Assembly (NCBI GenBank): GCA_964016885.1
Contig: OZ024750.1
Coordinates: 49,910,001 to 49,974,000, forward strand
Source: Eledone cirrhosa
Lineage: Eukaryota
Length of the DNA: 64,000 nt
Direction of reading: 5' to 3'
The translations under genes were made by a program, and so were the position numbers. The notes beneath the pieces were generated by a model. It was not told where the DNA came from, searched no databases, and saw nothing but the letters and a program-made list of their open reading frames with translations. Positions 41,493 through 54,100 of this stretch are shown piece by piece (the stretch's first letter is position 1; every line of letters starts with the position of its first letter).

Positions 41493-41593
<101 letters not shown>

Positions 41594-42150
41594 TAAATGT
41601 TGTCCTTCATCAGTGATCTTCCATCTTTAGTTGTATTTCTTCGCTTTAAAGACCATATACCTCCGGTTGGTGCGAGCAACGGCTAAAGAAAGTCGTTGGG
41701 CCACGTAAACAAGTGGAACGAGCGAGACTGTAAACAATAAAAAATGGTAACGCAACGAAAAGTGAGGAAGAAGGAGTCAAGTCCCAGAAATCGATGAATA
41801 TACGTTCTGTGAAATCGTAGACGAGAGAGAATAAAGAACAACCGACCTAGACAAAGTGTGTGTGAGGAAAGAATTTCGCACAGGTCAAACGGGAGTAAGT
41901 AGGAGAGGCAGTAGCAGAGAGTGAGTGAGTGAAAGGTGAGGAAGAGGCTAACAGAGAGAGTGATTGTTAGAGGGGGTAAAGGGAAGTGAGAGATACAGGC
42001 AGAGAAAAGAGGAAGCAGTAAGAAAGAAAGAGACGGGTCACAGCGGAGGAAAATATATATATGTGAATCTGAAAACATGGCGTGCTGCGTGGTTGCAAAT
42101 GGGTTACATATGAATAAATTTAGTCCTTCATCAGTGATCTTCCAACCTTC

Positions 42151-42182
<32 letters not shown>

Positions 42183-42303
42183 AGGAGGTGAGTTTTATTA
42201 TAGACAATAAAACTATGCATATATCCTATAAGTAGCACTCAACAGTTTATTAAACTTGAGTATATATAAGAAGACATTAAAAGATGGTTAAAAATGTTCC
42301 ATA

Positions 42304-42374
42304 TATCTTATTATGCGTATTTCAAAAACAAATATCATCCTGGGACGATAGTTGTGTTCTCATCAGATAAAATA
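42304..42374 (-). ncRNA. Type I hammerhead motif, family H2
   Basis: tattttat CTGATGA gaacacaactatcgtcc ca ggatgatatttgttttt GAAA tacgca TA ataagata. Confidence 0.75.
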
Positions 42375-42476
42375 AGGTAACATTATATGATGCCTAAAAT
42401 AACACTTGTGAAACACATGTTGACTAGACAATTTCTTGTTCAAAAGTGTTTGTTTAAGCATCATATCATGTTACCC

Positions 42477-42548
42477 TATTTTATTTGATGAGAACGCAAC
42501 TATCGTCCCAGAATGTTATTTGTTTTTTGAAATGCGCATAATAAAATA
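42477..42548 (+). ncRNA. Hammerhead motif, family H2, core variant C3U (likely impaired)
   Basis: tattttat TTGATGA gaacgcaactatcgtcccagaatgttatttgtttttt GAAA tgcgca TA ataaaata. Confidence 0.6.
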
Positions 42549-42580
42549 TATGGAACTTTTTTATCCATCTTTTAATTTCT

Positions 42581-42648
<68 letters not shown>

Positions 42649-43059
42649 TATATATAGTAATAATATATATATAATATATATATATATAGTAATAATAATA
42701 AATTTGAAGACTAAAATCCAAAGAGGGTTCGATAAGGATAAATATATATCAGATATAAATTTCCTCTGTATTTTATTTACTTTATTCTTAACTCTGAAGC
42801 CGGGAATTATTCGGTTTCCTAAATATAATTTAAGTCTGGTGTCCACAGCCCCAGGGCTACCTCCTTACTCACCACCATGGGCGCTGAGCTGGCCAGCCGT
42901 AGGTGTGAGCCCCGTCTCCCTTGCCGTCCTCCGGTGAAACGCCTTCTACATTCTCTCCGCAGGGGTTGTCACTGGGCCCCAACGCGTACTAATACGTTAG
43001 TTAAATACCATTCTTTCATCTGATATATTTCTAAATTATATTTTGTACAATAATAAATT

Positions 43060-43283
43060 ACGTTTAACTATTGAAAAAAAAAAAAGTCTACGGCTTCACT
43101 TATACCATTTATGTGGTTTTGCCTTTGCGTGTAATGGTTCTCATTGATCCACATAATGACGTATTATCTTCGTTTTTTTCCCGTTCTTTGCAAGGGAACG
43201 TTTCCACGAACCAAAGTATCGTCTTCCTGCGGAAATCACCATTTCTCACAAATGAAAGAGTTCTAGTCCCGTAGAAGCTCTGT

Positions 43284-43289
<6 letters not shown>
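43060..43289 (-). repeat. Family B element end (single arm, longer interior; left boundary uncertain)
   Basis: The minus strand starts tataggacagagcttctacgggactagaac, matching the start at 43611. Confidence 0.65.
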
Positions 43290-43366
<77 letters not shown>

Positions 43367-43371
<5 letters not shown>

Positions 43372-43559
43372 AACGAGTAGGACCCCGACAGCTGAGCTCA
43401 AGCCGTTTGGACGGCTAATTTAGTCCAGAATTAGCCGTCGAAACGGCTTGAGCTCAGCCGTTGGGGGTCCTACTCGTTCCTATTTCCCACTCTACTACCC
43501 TAAGTATTGATTACTTTGGTGCGTTATGGTCCACCTGTTTCCTTACCACATTTCCTTCG

Positions 43560-43560
<1 letters not shown>
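43367..43560 (+). repeat. Asymmetric hairpin element family A, copy 3, between (TA)n arrays
   Basis: A 117-bp hairpin (43367-43483) followed by the tail cccactctactaccctaagtattga. Confidence 0.85.
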
Positions 43561-43610
<50 letters not shown>

Positions 43611-43616
<6 letters not shown>

Positions 43617-43785
43617 ACAGAGCTTCTACAGGACTAGAACTGTTTCATTTGTGAGAAATCGTGATTTCTCACGAATGAAGCTGTTCTAGTCCTGTAGTAG
43701 CTATTCTATATTAAACTTTTTATATTCTGCTATGTATTGAGTACCTTGCTTACTGTGGTTACCTCCGATCCAACCCGGAATAACT
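43611..43785 (+). repeat. Asymmetric hairpin element family B, between (TA)n arrays
   Basis: A 100-bp hairpin (43611-43710) followed by a tail containing atgtattgagtacctt. Confidence 0.8.
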
Positions 43786-43795
43786 TATATATATA

Positions 43796-43876
<81 letters not shown>

Positions 43877-43880
43877 GCAA

Positions 43881-43913
<33 letters not shown>

Positions 43914-44017
43914 AATATATATAAATATATATATATATTTGCAAATATATATATACATACATATATATATATACATATATATATATGTGTATATATATAT
44001 ATGAATATATATATATA

Positions 44018-44093
44018 TTTGCTGACTGAGGATCCGTGTGAACTGATACTGCACATATAAGTGGTGAAACGAAGCTAGATTCGTATCAGCAAA
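44018..44093 (+). ncRNA. Complete type I hammerhead ribozyme motif
   Basis: tttgctga CTGAGGA t cc gtgtg...cacat...gg t GAAA cgaa gctaga ttcg TA tcagcaaa; 8-bp stem I, a true stem III (A-U plus 4 bp), GUA site. Confidence 0.85.
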
Positions 44094-44381
44094 ATATAGT
44101 TATAAGGTTTGTGATTTAAAACACTAATCCAAAGATTTGATTCTGAATTGTTTTTTTTTTCTATTTAATTGCTAACCTGTAGATATTGTTCCCTATACAG
44201 TAACGGTAAAATCACTTGTAATAATTATTTACACACATCTGACTGTGTAACACACTTCTCTTTGTGTAATATATACTTGCATTTGAGCTCAGAAGGAAAT
44301 TCTCTATTCTTCTTTGAACTAATACTATTATTATTATTATTATTACAGTGAACTGCGGAATACTCTTAATTCCGATCTTTG

Positions 44382-44412
<31 letters not shown>

Positions 44413-47400
44413 TAGAAGTTTTTTTTACAAAATGAGTGAAAGTATAAAGAAAAAAAGAGGAAATCGAAAATGCAAATGGAGTCTTATTTTTTTAAAAAAT
44501 AGATACATTTATTTGGTTGAATTCGATTTTCAGTTTGGCTATTCTTATAGATAATTTTAACCCGAAAGTGATGTTATTTCTATCCCTGACTTTGATAACA
44601 ACTGTTATATATTTATATATATATATATTTATTTATGTTCTTTAACTCATTTATGTGCTTCTTGAATATTTTCCTTTGTGTTGATTTTCATCTTTTATAC
44701 GGATATGTAGTGGTCTTATCGTGCTGATGATATAAACTCATATGCATGTGGTGCACTGGATACGGTATAAAATATATATCAGTGTACCTATATCCAAAAT
44801 AGGTATGGGGTTGTTAGTCAGCGCTCATTAATTATTGCAGTCTTTGAACAGTTATTTTTATTTGAAATTCCATAGTCATTGTGGACTAACTATGTATCCA
44901 ATCCACAAGAAGGGATATAAATAATTATATAGATATTCTGTGTACATAGGCATACATTTCTGTGAAATATCCTCTCAGATGAAACATCTTCTTAGATGTA
45001 ATTCCCAGGGACTGTTTTGTCATACGCTGAGTTACACTGAATCTCTTGTAGTATTACATTAAGGGTGCCACTCTCTCTGGAATGTACAACGACATTCACG
45101 AAAAGTTTTACAATCAGTCTTTTCTCTTGTTTGGACAACTTGAACACCGATCGTCGGAACCGAGATATGTCCTGCATACACACACGTTATTTCAAAATCT
45201 TATATAGATATAATTGACATTTAATAGTTGCATATCAAAAACAATGCCGTCAAATCAAAGAAAATTAAGGAATAAAATTAAAATGTTGAAATGTTGTTAT
45301 CACCACGATAAGAAAACTTGACATTCGTTCCATTCATATTTTTATATCTACTTTATAGCGGCACCGATATAATGGACATTGAATAACTACCTGTCTGAAA
45401 TATATTCTATCATATTTTTATAGATTACTACTGCAACATATTCCTTCTATGAACATTAAAATAATTTCAAATATTATGTGCCCATATCATATTTTATTAA
45501 ACATTTTCAAAGAATTTTAAGTAAGTGCTCTTTCTCTGTTCTAGCCATTTGCCACCTTATTATCTTCGTTATAGCTATGAAAGTTTCTTAGATAAGAAAG
45601 CTGGAACCGGTCGCTTTATATATAATGAGAAGCTATTTTCATATCAAGTTGGCAATATTATAACTTTCAAAAGAATTTTACTTTGCGGAAATTTTCGAAT
45701 ATGTCTTGAACGTAAAGTTTATGTTTCCTACTATTTTACATAACATAACAAATTTACATATTAGTTGACTGAAAATTTGCTGAAAGCATGTACATTATTT
45801 CGGATAAGCTACCCAAGAATATTCATTATGACAACAACTTAAATCTTTATGTCAGTATATGTAAAATAACTTGTTTCTGTCTTCATAAACAGGATATCTG
45901 TTTGGTTTTCCTATGATCAAACAAGTCTGTAATCAGAGCACTTCGTTACATTTTATTTCGTTATAATTTTTTGAAAGTAGCAGGGTAGAGTTTGGTTGAT
46001 ATTTTAACCACTTGACTAATCGAATATATGTCCAATTGTAGGTTCAAAGCTTTATAAACGGAGTTTTAATCACGAGAAAAATAACTATAATGTCAATAAC
46101 GTGCTTCATAAAAAGAAGAGGAGACATATGTGTGGTCAGGAATTTCGATATATAGACGAACTGAGAATCCCACTGCGTATTTAAACGATAAAATACAAAA
46201 CAAAGTCGGTCTTTATGTAAATGCTGATTCCTATCCAATTATATCTATTTTGCTAAAAATAGATAAACGCTATCGTAAAATCGTAACTGATTTGATGTGT
46301 CGAGTGCAAGCGGCCTGTGCCTTGTACCCAGTCAGGGGAGTGAATCACCAATTTCTCATGAGACAAGAACCTTGGTATGGCCGTTGAGGTTATTATTGTA
46401 AGGTCTTGAGTGGATACAGAGGCTTATCAGATATGGCTTACACTGACAACAGTTAGTTGATCCATATCTAAGGTAGAACACACCTGTTCAAGATGTTCTG
46501 ATGTACAGCTGATTTCAATGGCATGGTATGGCATGTAGTTGCCAAATGGATCTCGTAACCACCCAATAAATAGTACCCAACTCTTTGTTAAACCATACCT
46601 CACTATACCAACTTTATTTTAATAGGAGTATCTATCAAGTGTCAAGTGTGCAAACTATTACAAATGTTACTCCCTCACAAAATGTTATGGGAGAGTGAAA
46701 ACTGTTGTAGAATTAGTTTTAATGTGATAACTGTATAGTAATACACCGAGCGATATTGTGTTGATATGTTATGGTTTAAAGTTAATTCACACATATATAA
46801 ATGCACTGGCCTTTCAGAATCTCATGAAAAATACATACTACTATTTATATGAGATGCTTACATTCATTGAAATCTTATCGATCAATAAATATATTATATA
46901 TTATATCATATATATTGTCTAGGATAGACAGAAAAATAGCAGCAACAATCACAAATACAGATTTTATAACTTTAGAAATGTAGATAAAACTAGTACCATA
47001 TCATGTCAGAAATAAACACATTCATGTGAGTCTTCCATTTACCAAATATATCTTCATTTGCTATTTCCATCTCGAATTCTCAGTAAATCATAAACCTTCA
47101 TTTTCACACACGCTCACGCTGCTTTTTACTTCAAATTATATAATTTTTTTTATTCAGCATTTTGATATTAAGACCAAAAGTACATTGCTATTGCTTCAGT
47201 GCCTCCGGCATAACATATATTTATATTTGTCACGAAACACATCAAAGTCTACACAATTCTTTTTTTTTTTTTAATAGTAAATATAGAATTGGTCTTGTGT
47301 AGATCACACTGATAATATTTCCTATAAACGGTTTTTTGTCTTTTGATTATTGCATCTTAGATTAACCGTAATTCTACAGCAATTACCCCACACTGGGTTT

Positions 47401-48068
47401 CATCACATTATAAATTGAAATGTCATAGTGTTAAAAATGCATTTGCCTCCTACAAGGTAAACTAACTGATTTCACTATTGGAAATCAAATAATCTTTTAA
47501 AGTTTTAATGTTTCGCAGTGTTTCTTGTTTGGCATGAATTGAAATTATGTCTAATAAACATAAGATCATGTACTCCACTCAAATAATTTTCTAGCAACAT
47601 TTAATGTTCGTTGAAATCCTGGGTTCGGTCCAGTATAATTTAGCATTACTGTGTTGGCATTTATCCGAAAATCCTAGGGTTAACTCACTTTATTTGCTTC
47701 CTTTCGATCTGAACCACAGAGAATTTCATTAATATTCACGCGGTCCCAATTGTCGTGCATTTCCCACCAACGGGATCTAATGAGCTGCATACCATCATAA
47801 TGGAATACACCACAGTATGTATTACATTCACATACCTACTTAAACGCTTGTAGCTATAAATAAAAACACTTTAAAATTCTCAATCTATTCCGGGTTTTTG
47901 TATATTTCATCTTCTTCCGGTACAAGTTATAAATGTTTTGAAATCTTATCTCGATTGTATCGGTCAAAGGTAAATTTCTCCTTTATATTAATCGTGGAAT
48001 TAATACAATATTAATTACAATAGAAATGTATATAGACGCATATTTTATATATGTAAATATAATAAAAA

Positions 48069-48801
48069 TACGAGGGTGCTTCAAAAAGTTCGTGGAAAAA
48101 GGACAGCTGTAAAAACGGTTTAGGTTATGGTATTTATTTTTCAATATATGCTCTATCTAGACCAATAGTCTTCTGCAAGCCTTTAAGTTCATCTGAGTAA
48201 AATTGAGGGCCGTACGGCTTATACCATGTGAAAGCAGCTTTTTGTACATCTTCAACTGGGGATCATCTTCAAACTCATCTCTTCCACTTCTAAAACGACT
48301 TATTCTTTTGTAGGTTATTGATTTCTTTGGGGAATTGTCCCCATAAACCGGCTCCAGAGCGTCAATGATTTGGTTCTCTTCCCCCATAGCTTCAGCATGG
48401 ATTGATGTTTTGTTGGCGACCATATTGCTCGAGCAGATGCTTATCTGACTGGCGCCACTAGTGCAATATGCATTTAAGTGTTCATATTAGAACATGTTAT
48501 GACTCGTTAGTGGTTGATTGGCAGTATCGGTAGAGGGTTGGACGCCATGATTTCTAGCATAGAGTTACGTCCCTTTATGATCTGAGTTCAAATCCCGCCG
48601 AGGTTAACTTTGCCTTTCATCCTTACGGGATCGATAAAATAAAGTATCAGTAATGTGCTGGGTATTTGCTGGCATTGTGCCTAAAGTAGAAACAGTTATG
48701 ACTCGTTAGTACGAAAATGTACACGTACATTGAGATTAAAATCCTTGCATATGACTTTTAGCTATGTATTTTTCCCACGAACCTTTTGAAGCCATGTAGT
48801 A
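48069..48801 (-). mobile_element. Internally deleted mariner (Tc1/mariner) element
   Basis: Imperfect TIRs gcttcaaaaagttcgtggaaaaa / tttttcccacgaaccttttgaagc with TA ends; N-terminal HTH IIDALEPVYGDNSPKKSITYKRISRFRSGRDEFEDDP. Confidence 0.85.
48512..48694 (+). mobile_element. SINE nested in the mariner, 16-bp TSD
   Basis: Direct repeat gttatgactcgttagt at 48496-48511 and 48695-48710. Confidence 0.92.
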
Positions 48802-49553
48802 TATCATTGAACGCAGGATATTTTAAGGTATAATCATGTGACTGCTGCTTCACTCTCGAATGAGTGAACGTTATTGAAGATGGAAGAAATAATATTTGAC
48901 TGTCTCACAAGGTTTTTTATGTATTTGTAACATGACCCTATATTAGACTAACTACAGCGAGGCATATACATGTGTATTATACATAAAGATAACCCTTGTG
49001 ACATTATACATAAACATATTATTTATGTATTCATATAAGTCCCCAATCCTGAATTATGTTGTAATCGAAATCGCAAACATTGTTAGTGTGGAGGTATCGA
49101 CAATAAATGATAACTTTTGTGATTGACTATCTTATGTATCAACAACGTTGTCATATGTTAAACATGATTCAAATAATGATATATTAATGTAATAAAGATT
49201 ACATGACGATCAATATATATAACAAAGAAAAGTATACTTCCTGGCTGGATTCTAATCATGTTCCTGTCGCTTGTAGATGGATGTCGTTACCGATTACCGT
49301 ACAGGGAATACCACCTCACATTCCATTGTTTCGTATCTCTTACAAACATAGGCGGTACGTTTCGTTACGGTGGCGGTCCAAGAACAGTTTATACGGCTAG
49401 CGATTTGTGATACAGTAATTATATTTTGTGGAGATACTACAGATCGGAGAGTCACTCCAGGTAGAGCCGCTACTTCTCCGAATTGAGAGATCACAGCTCC
49501 GACCTCTCCGGAAGAAGAGGGTGAATAAGCAGTGATAGTACAGAGTAAATAAT

Positions 49554-49678
49554 TGTTTCTACTTTAGGCACAAGGCCAGCTAATTATCCAGTGCATTACT
49601 GGTACTTTATTTTATCGACCCCGTAAGGATGAAAGGCAAAGTCAACCTCGGCGGGATTTGAACTCAGATCGTAAAGGG
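49554..49678 (-). mobile_element. 5'-truncated SINE, 14-bp TSD
   Basis: Direct repeat acagagtaaataat at 49540-49553 and 49679-49692. Confidence 0.92.
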
Positions 49679-51148
49679 ACAGAGTAAATAATAGAAAGAA
49701 ATTATAGTATCTAACTGACGGCATAAGAAGTCACCCTATTGTACCTGATAATGCTTGACGAATACTATGTTAACGATTCTGATTTTTTTCTATTTCACAC
49801 TAATGCTTATCATATCTAATATAATCGAACTAAATCTACTTTACATTCTGGTTTTGAATCGTCTCTCATTCGAGAGAACAAGAAATAATATTTTATTTTC
49901 CACTTAAAATGGTGGAAGATTTATCAGTTTTAAACCAGTCGAAAATAAAAAGAAAAGATAGTATTTTATGGTGTACGAAAATGAATCACCACAGAAAAGC
50001 ATCCACGTAATAAAATGTAAACGTTGACAATTCCTTAATTCTACCGATCATTATTTCTTTCATTATTGTAGCTCTGAACATGTCAGGTCCATCGCATTCA
50101 TTTTCTCATTCTACAAGTAGTATTATTGAATTTTAACTTGATAAATTCTCCAATTTTGCAATTCACTGGCAGGCTTGATTATTCAGCATAAATTAATGAA
50201 GTCTCCTCATAGACATTGTATCAAGGTTGAAAACATATTTACAGGAATGAATAAATTATCGATATTTTACATGCCAAGCGTCTAGTTGCACATTTCAACA
50301 CAGAAGGGAAGGCAAATAAGCATCTGAAAGCTAGTAATTCTCCTGATATTTATAGTTAATCATTCGAAACAAATTGCATAAGAGCCTACAGTATTGGGAC
50401 TAATAAGTTAAAATTGATCCAATAGCATTTCTAATTATATTAAGAATTCAAGCAAAAAGCTAATTAAACACTTTTTCCTTTGCACCTGACACTGAGCATC
50501 AAAATAATTATATCATATCCATCTCGCGATTAAAATAATTGCTGTAGAAGCTGAATTCAACAGAAGCATCATAATTAATATCTGTCGGTGATATTGATCT
50601 CACTGTCAGAGGCCTTGAACATTTGTTTCTTTTAATTAAATTACGCTAAAAAATGTTCATTGGAGTAATGATGGTTTGATTGTAGAAGATGTACAAACAT
50701 TTCCATAGAGATAGTTTCTGATGACGTGAACAAAATCAGACATAGAGTGAAATATGTTTATATCAGTATGTGTGGACATTTTTCACTGTTTCATTAGGTT
50801 TCTATATTTTGAAATTCTGAAACATTTGTTTTTTTAATTATATATTCCTGTTTTATAATTTATATACTCAAAGCAATTAGTTATATTTTCAAGCATCGCT
50901 GAATCATCTAATCCTCTATTAAAGTACACAGCAACTTTACCATTTAAAAAGAGATTGACCTATAAACCTGTCTCTAGTAGATGATTAAAAGACTGTTGAA
51001 ATAAATTTAACTTCAGGTAATATACATTCAAGAGAAAATCATATGATATAGATTCATGTATTTAAAATAAATGTATCTACACATGTGTACACGTACACAC
51101 ACACACACACACAAACATACATAAAATAATAATAATAATAATAATAAT

Positions 51149-54100
51149 GCTTTCTTTATTAACCACAAGGGTTTACATAAAGTAGACATTAAGGACAGTA
51201 CAGGACAATACAGGACGGTACAAATGGGCATTTCTGCGTGTAAAAACAAAAAGAGGATGTAATAAAAAATAACAATGAAAATTCCCCAATAGGGGGAGAC
51301 TTCCGATGGACATTTGTGGAGAAAGCCAATTAAAAGGCCACAGTGACCCTGACCACCAGGGCAAGTACCCTCTCCCAGTTTTCCACCTTTAATTTACAGA
51401 CACATACTCAGAGTAGGACCATTCACTCGGGCCATACTTGCTTCTCTCACCCATCTTTCAACAAAATGCTGGGAAGTGAGCACTTCCCTCAATACCCTGA
51501 TTTTCCTTTTCAAATGAAATTTGAAAAAGCTAATCAGGGCATCACCGAAGAGGTAAGTGCTCCTCTTCAGCCCTTTCAAACGTGTCCACCATACTATCTC
51601 TTTCTCCATGGCCACCAGACAGATAAAAACTGACTGCCCTTCCCGGCTAAAGGAAGAGGGCGAGGCAATCCTCACGATGGACTCAGCTGATAACTGGATC
51701 CGTCCTACACGCGACAGCAGGTGTTCGACATAAACCCACAAGTCAGCAAAGCTCGGACACTGGACGAGTGCGTGCAGAACGGTTTCGTCGCCCTGCGCGC
51801 ATCTCGGACATGCCCGGCTGGCGGCAAAGCTCCTCGGTAGCACTGCCAGGCCAGGGATTTCTGGAAGTTGTCCATATGCCCCGGCCCGAAAGTCCTACCG
51901 AAGAGATTGGCTAGTTGATTTTCGTCGACGCCTAGAGTTTCTCCAAGTACGTCGTCGCTCTTCCCCTCCACTAATCCTCTATAGAACGCCAAGATCGAGT
52001 TTCCACAGATCACATTGCCCGATTGGTCGAGGGCTGTGAGCGCCTGAAACATTCCATTCTCCAAGCGCTCCCTCTCGGTCTTCGCTTGACCCAGAACTGC
52101 AGTTCCGTCAAGGAAACGAGCTGGGGAAAGATGTGTCTAGCAAACGGCGACCACACCTGATCACCGTCGAGCAAGAGGTGGAGATGTCATAGCCTGAGCG
52201 CGTGTCTGCTCATCATCAGCCACGGCATGCCCAGCCCTCCAAGTAGCGGGTGTTGACAACAGATTGACCGCCTGACCATCGGAGCGCGTCCCTTCCACAA
52301 AAAGCGAAAGAGCAAACGCTCCAGCGCAGTCAGGTGGGGCTTAGAACAAGGTACGACGGTCAGGCGGTAGCAGATGACAGACGCGATGTACGCGTTAGCC
52401 ACCTCCGCTCGACCTTTCAGGGATAGCTTCCTCTCCGCCCATTTCTGGGTGAGAGAAGCCACCCTGCTCGTCACCACGTCCCAGTTTTTGTCCGTCTGGA
52501 GGTCCGGACCGAACCAGACCCCTAGCAATTTAACCGGTCCGTCCGCCCAGCGTCCGACAACACTGTTGGACGGCATGGACCTGCCACTCCAGGTGCCGAG
52601 CTGCAGGCCCACTGACTTTTCCTGTCACCAATTCGTATTTTCTTAGTGTAGTGCCGATCGCCTCGATGTGTTTGGCGTTCGACACCACTACGGTGACAAC
52701 GTCCGGATATGTTGACACGGATCTTCCGCATACTAGTTCCCGCGGGACGCCCCTCAACGTCTCCAGTTTGTGCAGTAATAGCTTGAGAGTCAATATGTAC
52801 AAGAGGGACGAGAAGGGACATCCTTGGCGGACCGAGCGCATGATATTCAACGGTTCCGAAAGGTGACCGTTCACTCTCACCACAGAGCAGATATCGCTGT
52901 GCATGGCAGCGATCCAGCCTCTGAAGACGGGCCCAAAGCCAGTCGCCCTCAGGACTGCCGCTAGGTCACGATGGTCGATCCTATCGAAAGCTTTCGACTG
53001 ATCTAAATTGATCAAGGACCCACCCGTGCCAGGTTCCCTAGCTACCCTCTCTACGATGTATTGCATGAGGTCGATGTTGTCGTGGATGGATATGTCGGGA
53101 ATGGCGCATGTCTGCGCCTCTCCCACCAGACCACTAACGACAAGCGCCAACCTCTTTACTAGCACCTTGGCCAAAATCTTGAACTCTGTGTTTTGCAGAG
53201 TTATCGGCCTGAAATTTTTTGTGTTATCCCCCTTGTTCGGATCCTTTCTCGGCAGTGCCTCAGCTCCTCGGCTCACAGAGCTGGGAACTCTCCCGTTCTG
53301 TTGCCAGTTGCAGTAGACGTCTGCCAAGAGGCTTCCGAACAAGTCTGGCATGTGTACGTAAAGTTCATAGGGCAGACCATCCAAACCAGGCGATTTACCC
53401 CTTGTGCAGCCAGTCATTGCCTCCCGTACTTCAGCGGCTGTTATCGGCTTTTCGCAACACTCCGCTTCAGTGGCCGAGAGCCGCAGCAGTCCGTCGAGGT
53501 AGACACTAAAGTCCATCCCTCGATCCGGCCCACCGCTGCCCCCGAACAGCTGTGCGAAGTGACGCTGAAAAGTTTTACACTTTCGCCCGGGATCGAGTAG
53601 CATGCGCCCGTTGTATTCCACCAAAGACCGGATAATGGGTTTGTTGCCTCCACCACTTGGGCTCATTGAACGGCTTTCGTCCCCTCGTGTCTGAGAGCAT
53701 GCACCCTATCTCTGACAACGCAGCCTTCGTGCTTTGCATTGAAGAATTGGTCAAGGGCCAATTTCGCCGCATGTACGTCGGTCGCGATGCTTTTGCTAAG
53801 CGCCTCGTCTAATTGTCTAACTAGTTATCCCTCTGCTTCATTTTTCTCTATTGCTAAAGCCTTACTAAACCTAATGGACTGTATTATAATCGCACTTTTC
53901 AGAACAAACTACCACTTGTTAGTGACGATGGCCCCCGTCAACGCCCACTTAACTAGTTCGCTAATCCGGTTTATGTAGGCCTTGCGCGCTGGTAAAGACG
54001 CGTTTAGCTTCCATTAGCCGGGTCCTCGTCTATGAAGCCTATCTAAGTCAAGCACACAGATCGCGAATTTGTGATCCGTGTAGCTGACTATCTTTAATTG

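Larger units (their letters stand above)
42261..42590. mobile_element. Fold-back pair of family H2 units (arms of about 150 bp)
   Basis: 42261-42410 is the reverse complement of about 42440-42590; a single arm occurs at about 28775-28900. Confidence 0.85.

Noticed and set aside
42840-42990. Short GC-rich island
   Set aside because: No motif, ORF homology or second copy was recognised.
44720-44785. CTGATGA strings here and at about 11455 (-), 34352 (-) and 50718
   Set aside because: GAAA or stem I pairing is missing; compatible with chance or heavy decay.
49225-49310. tRNA-like segment on the minus strand
   Set aside because: Only a degenerate B-box-like GATTAGAATCC and no cloverleaf; at most a decayed SINE head.
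44100-51100. Possible host exons in the repeat-poor stretch
   Set aside because: There is no ORF with a recognisable domain and no supportable splice structure; small exons cannot be excluded without RNA data.
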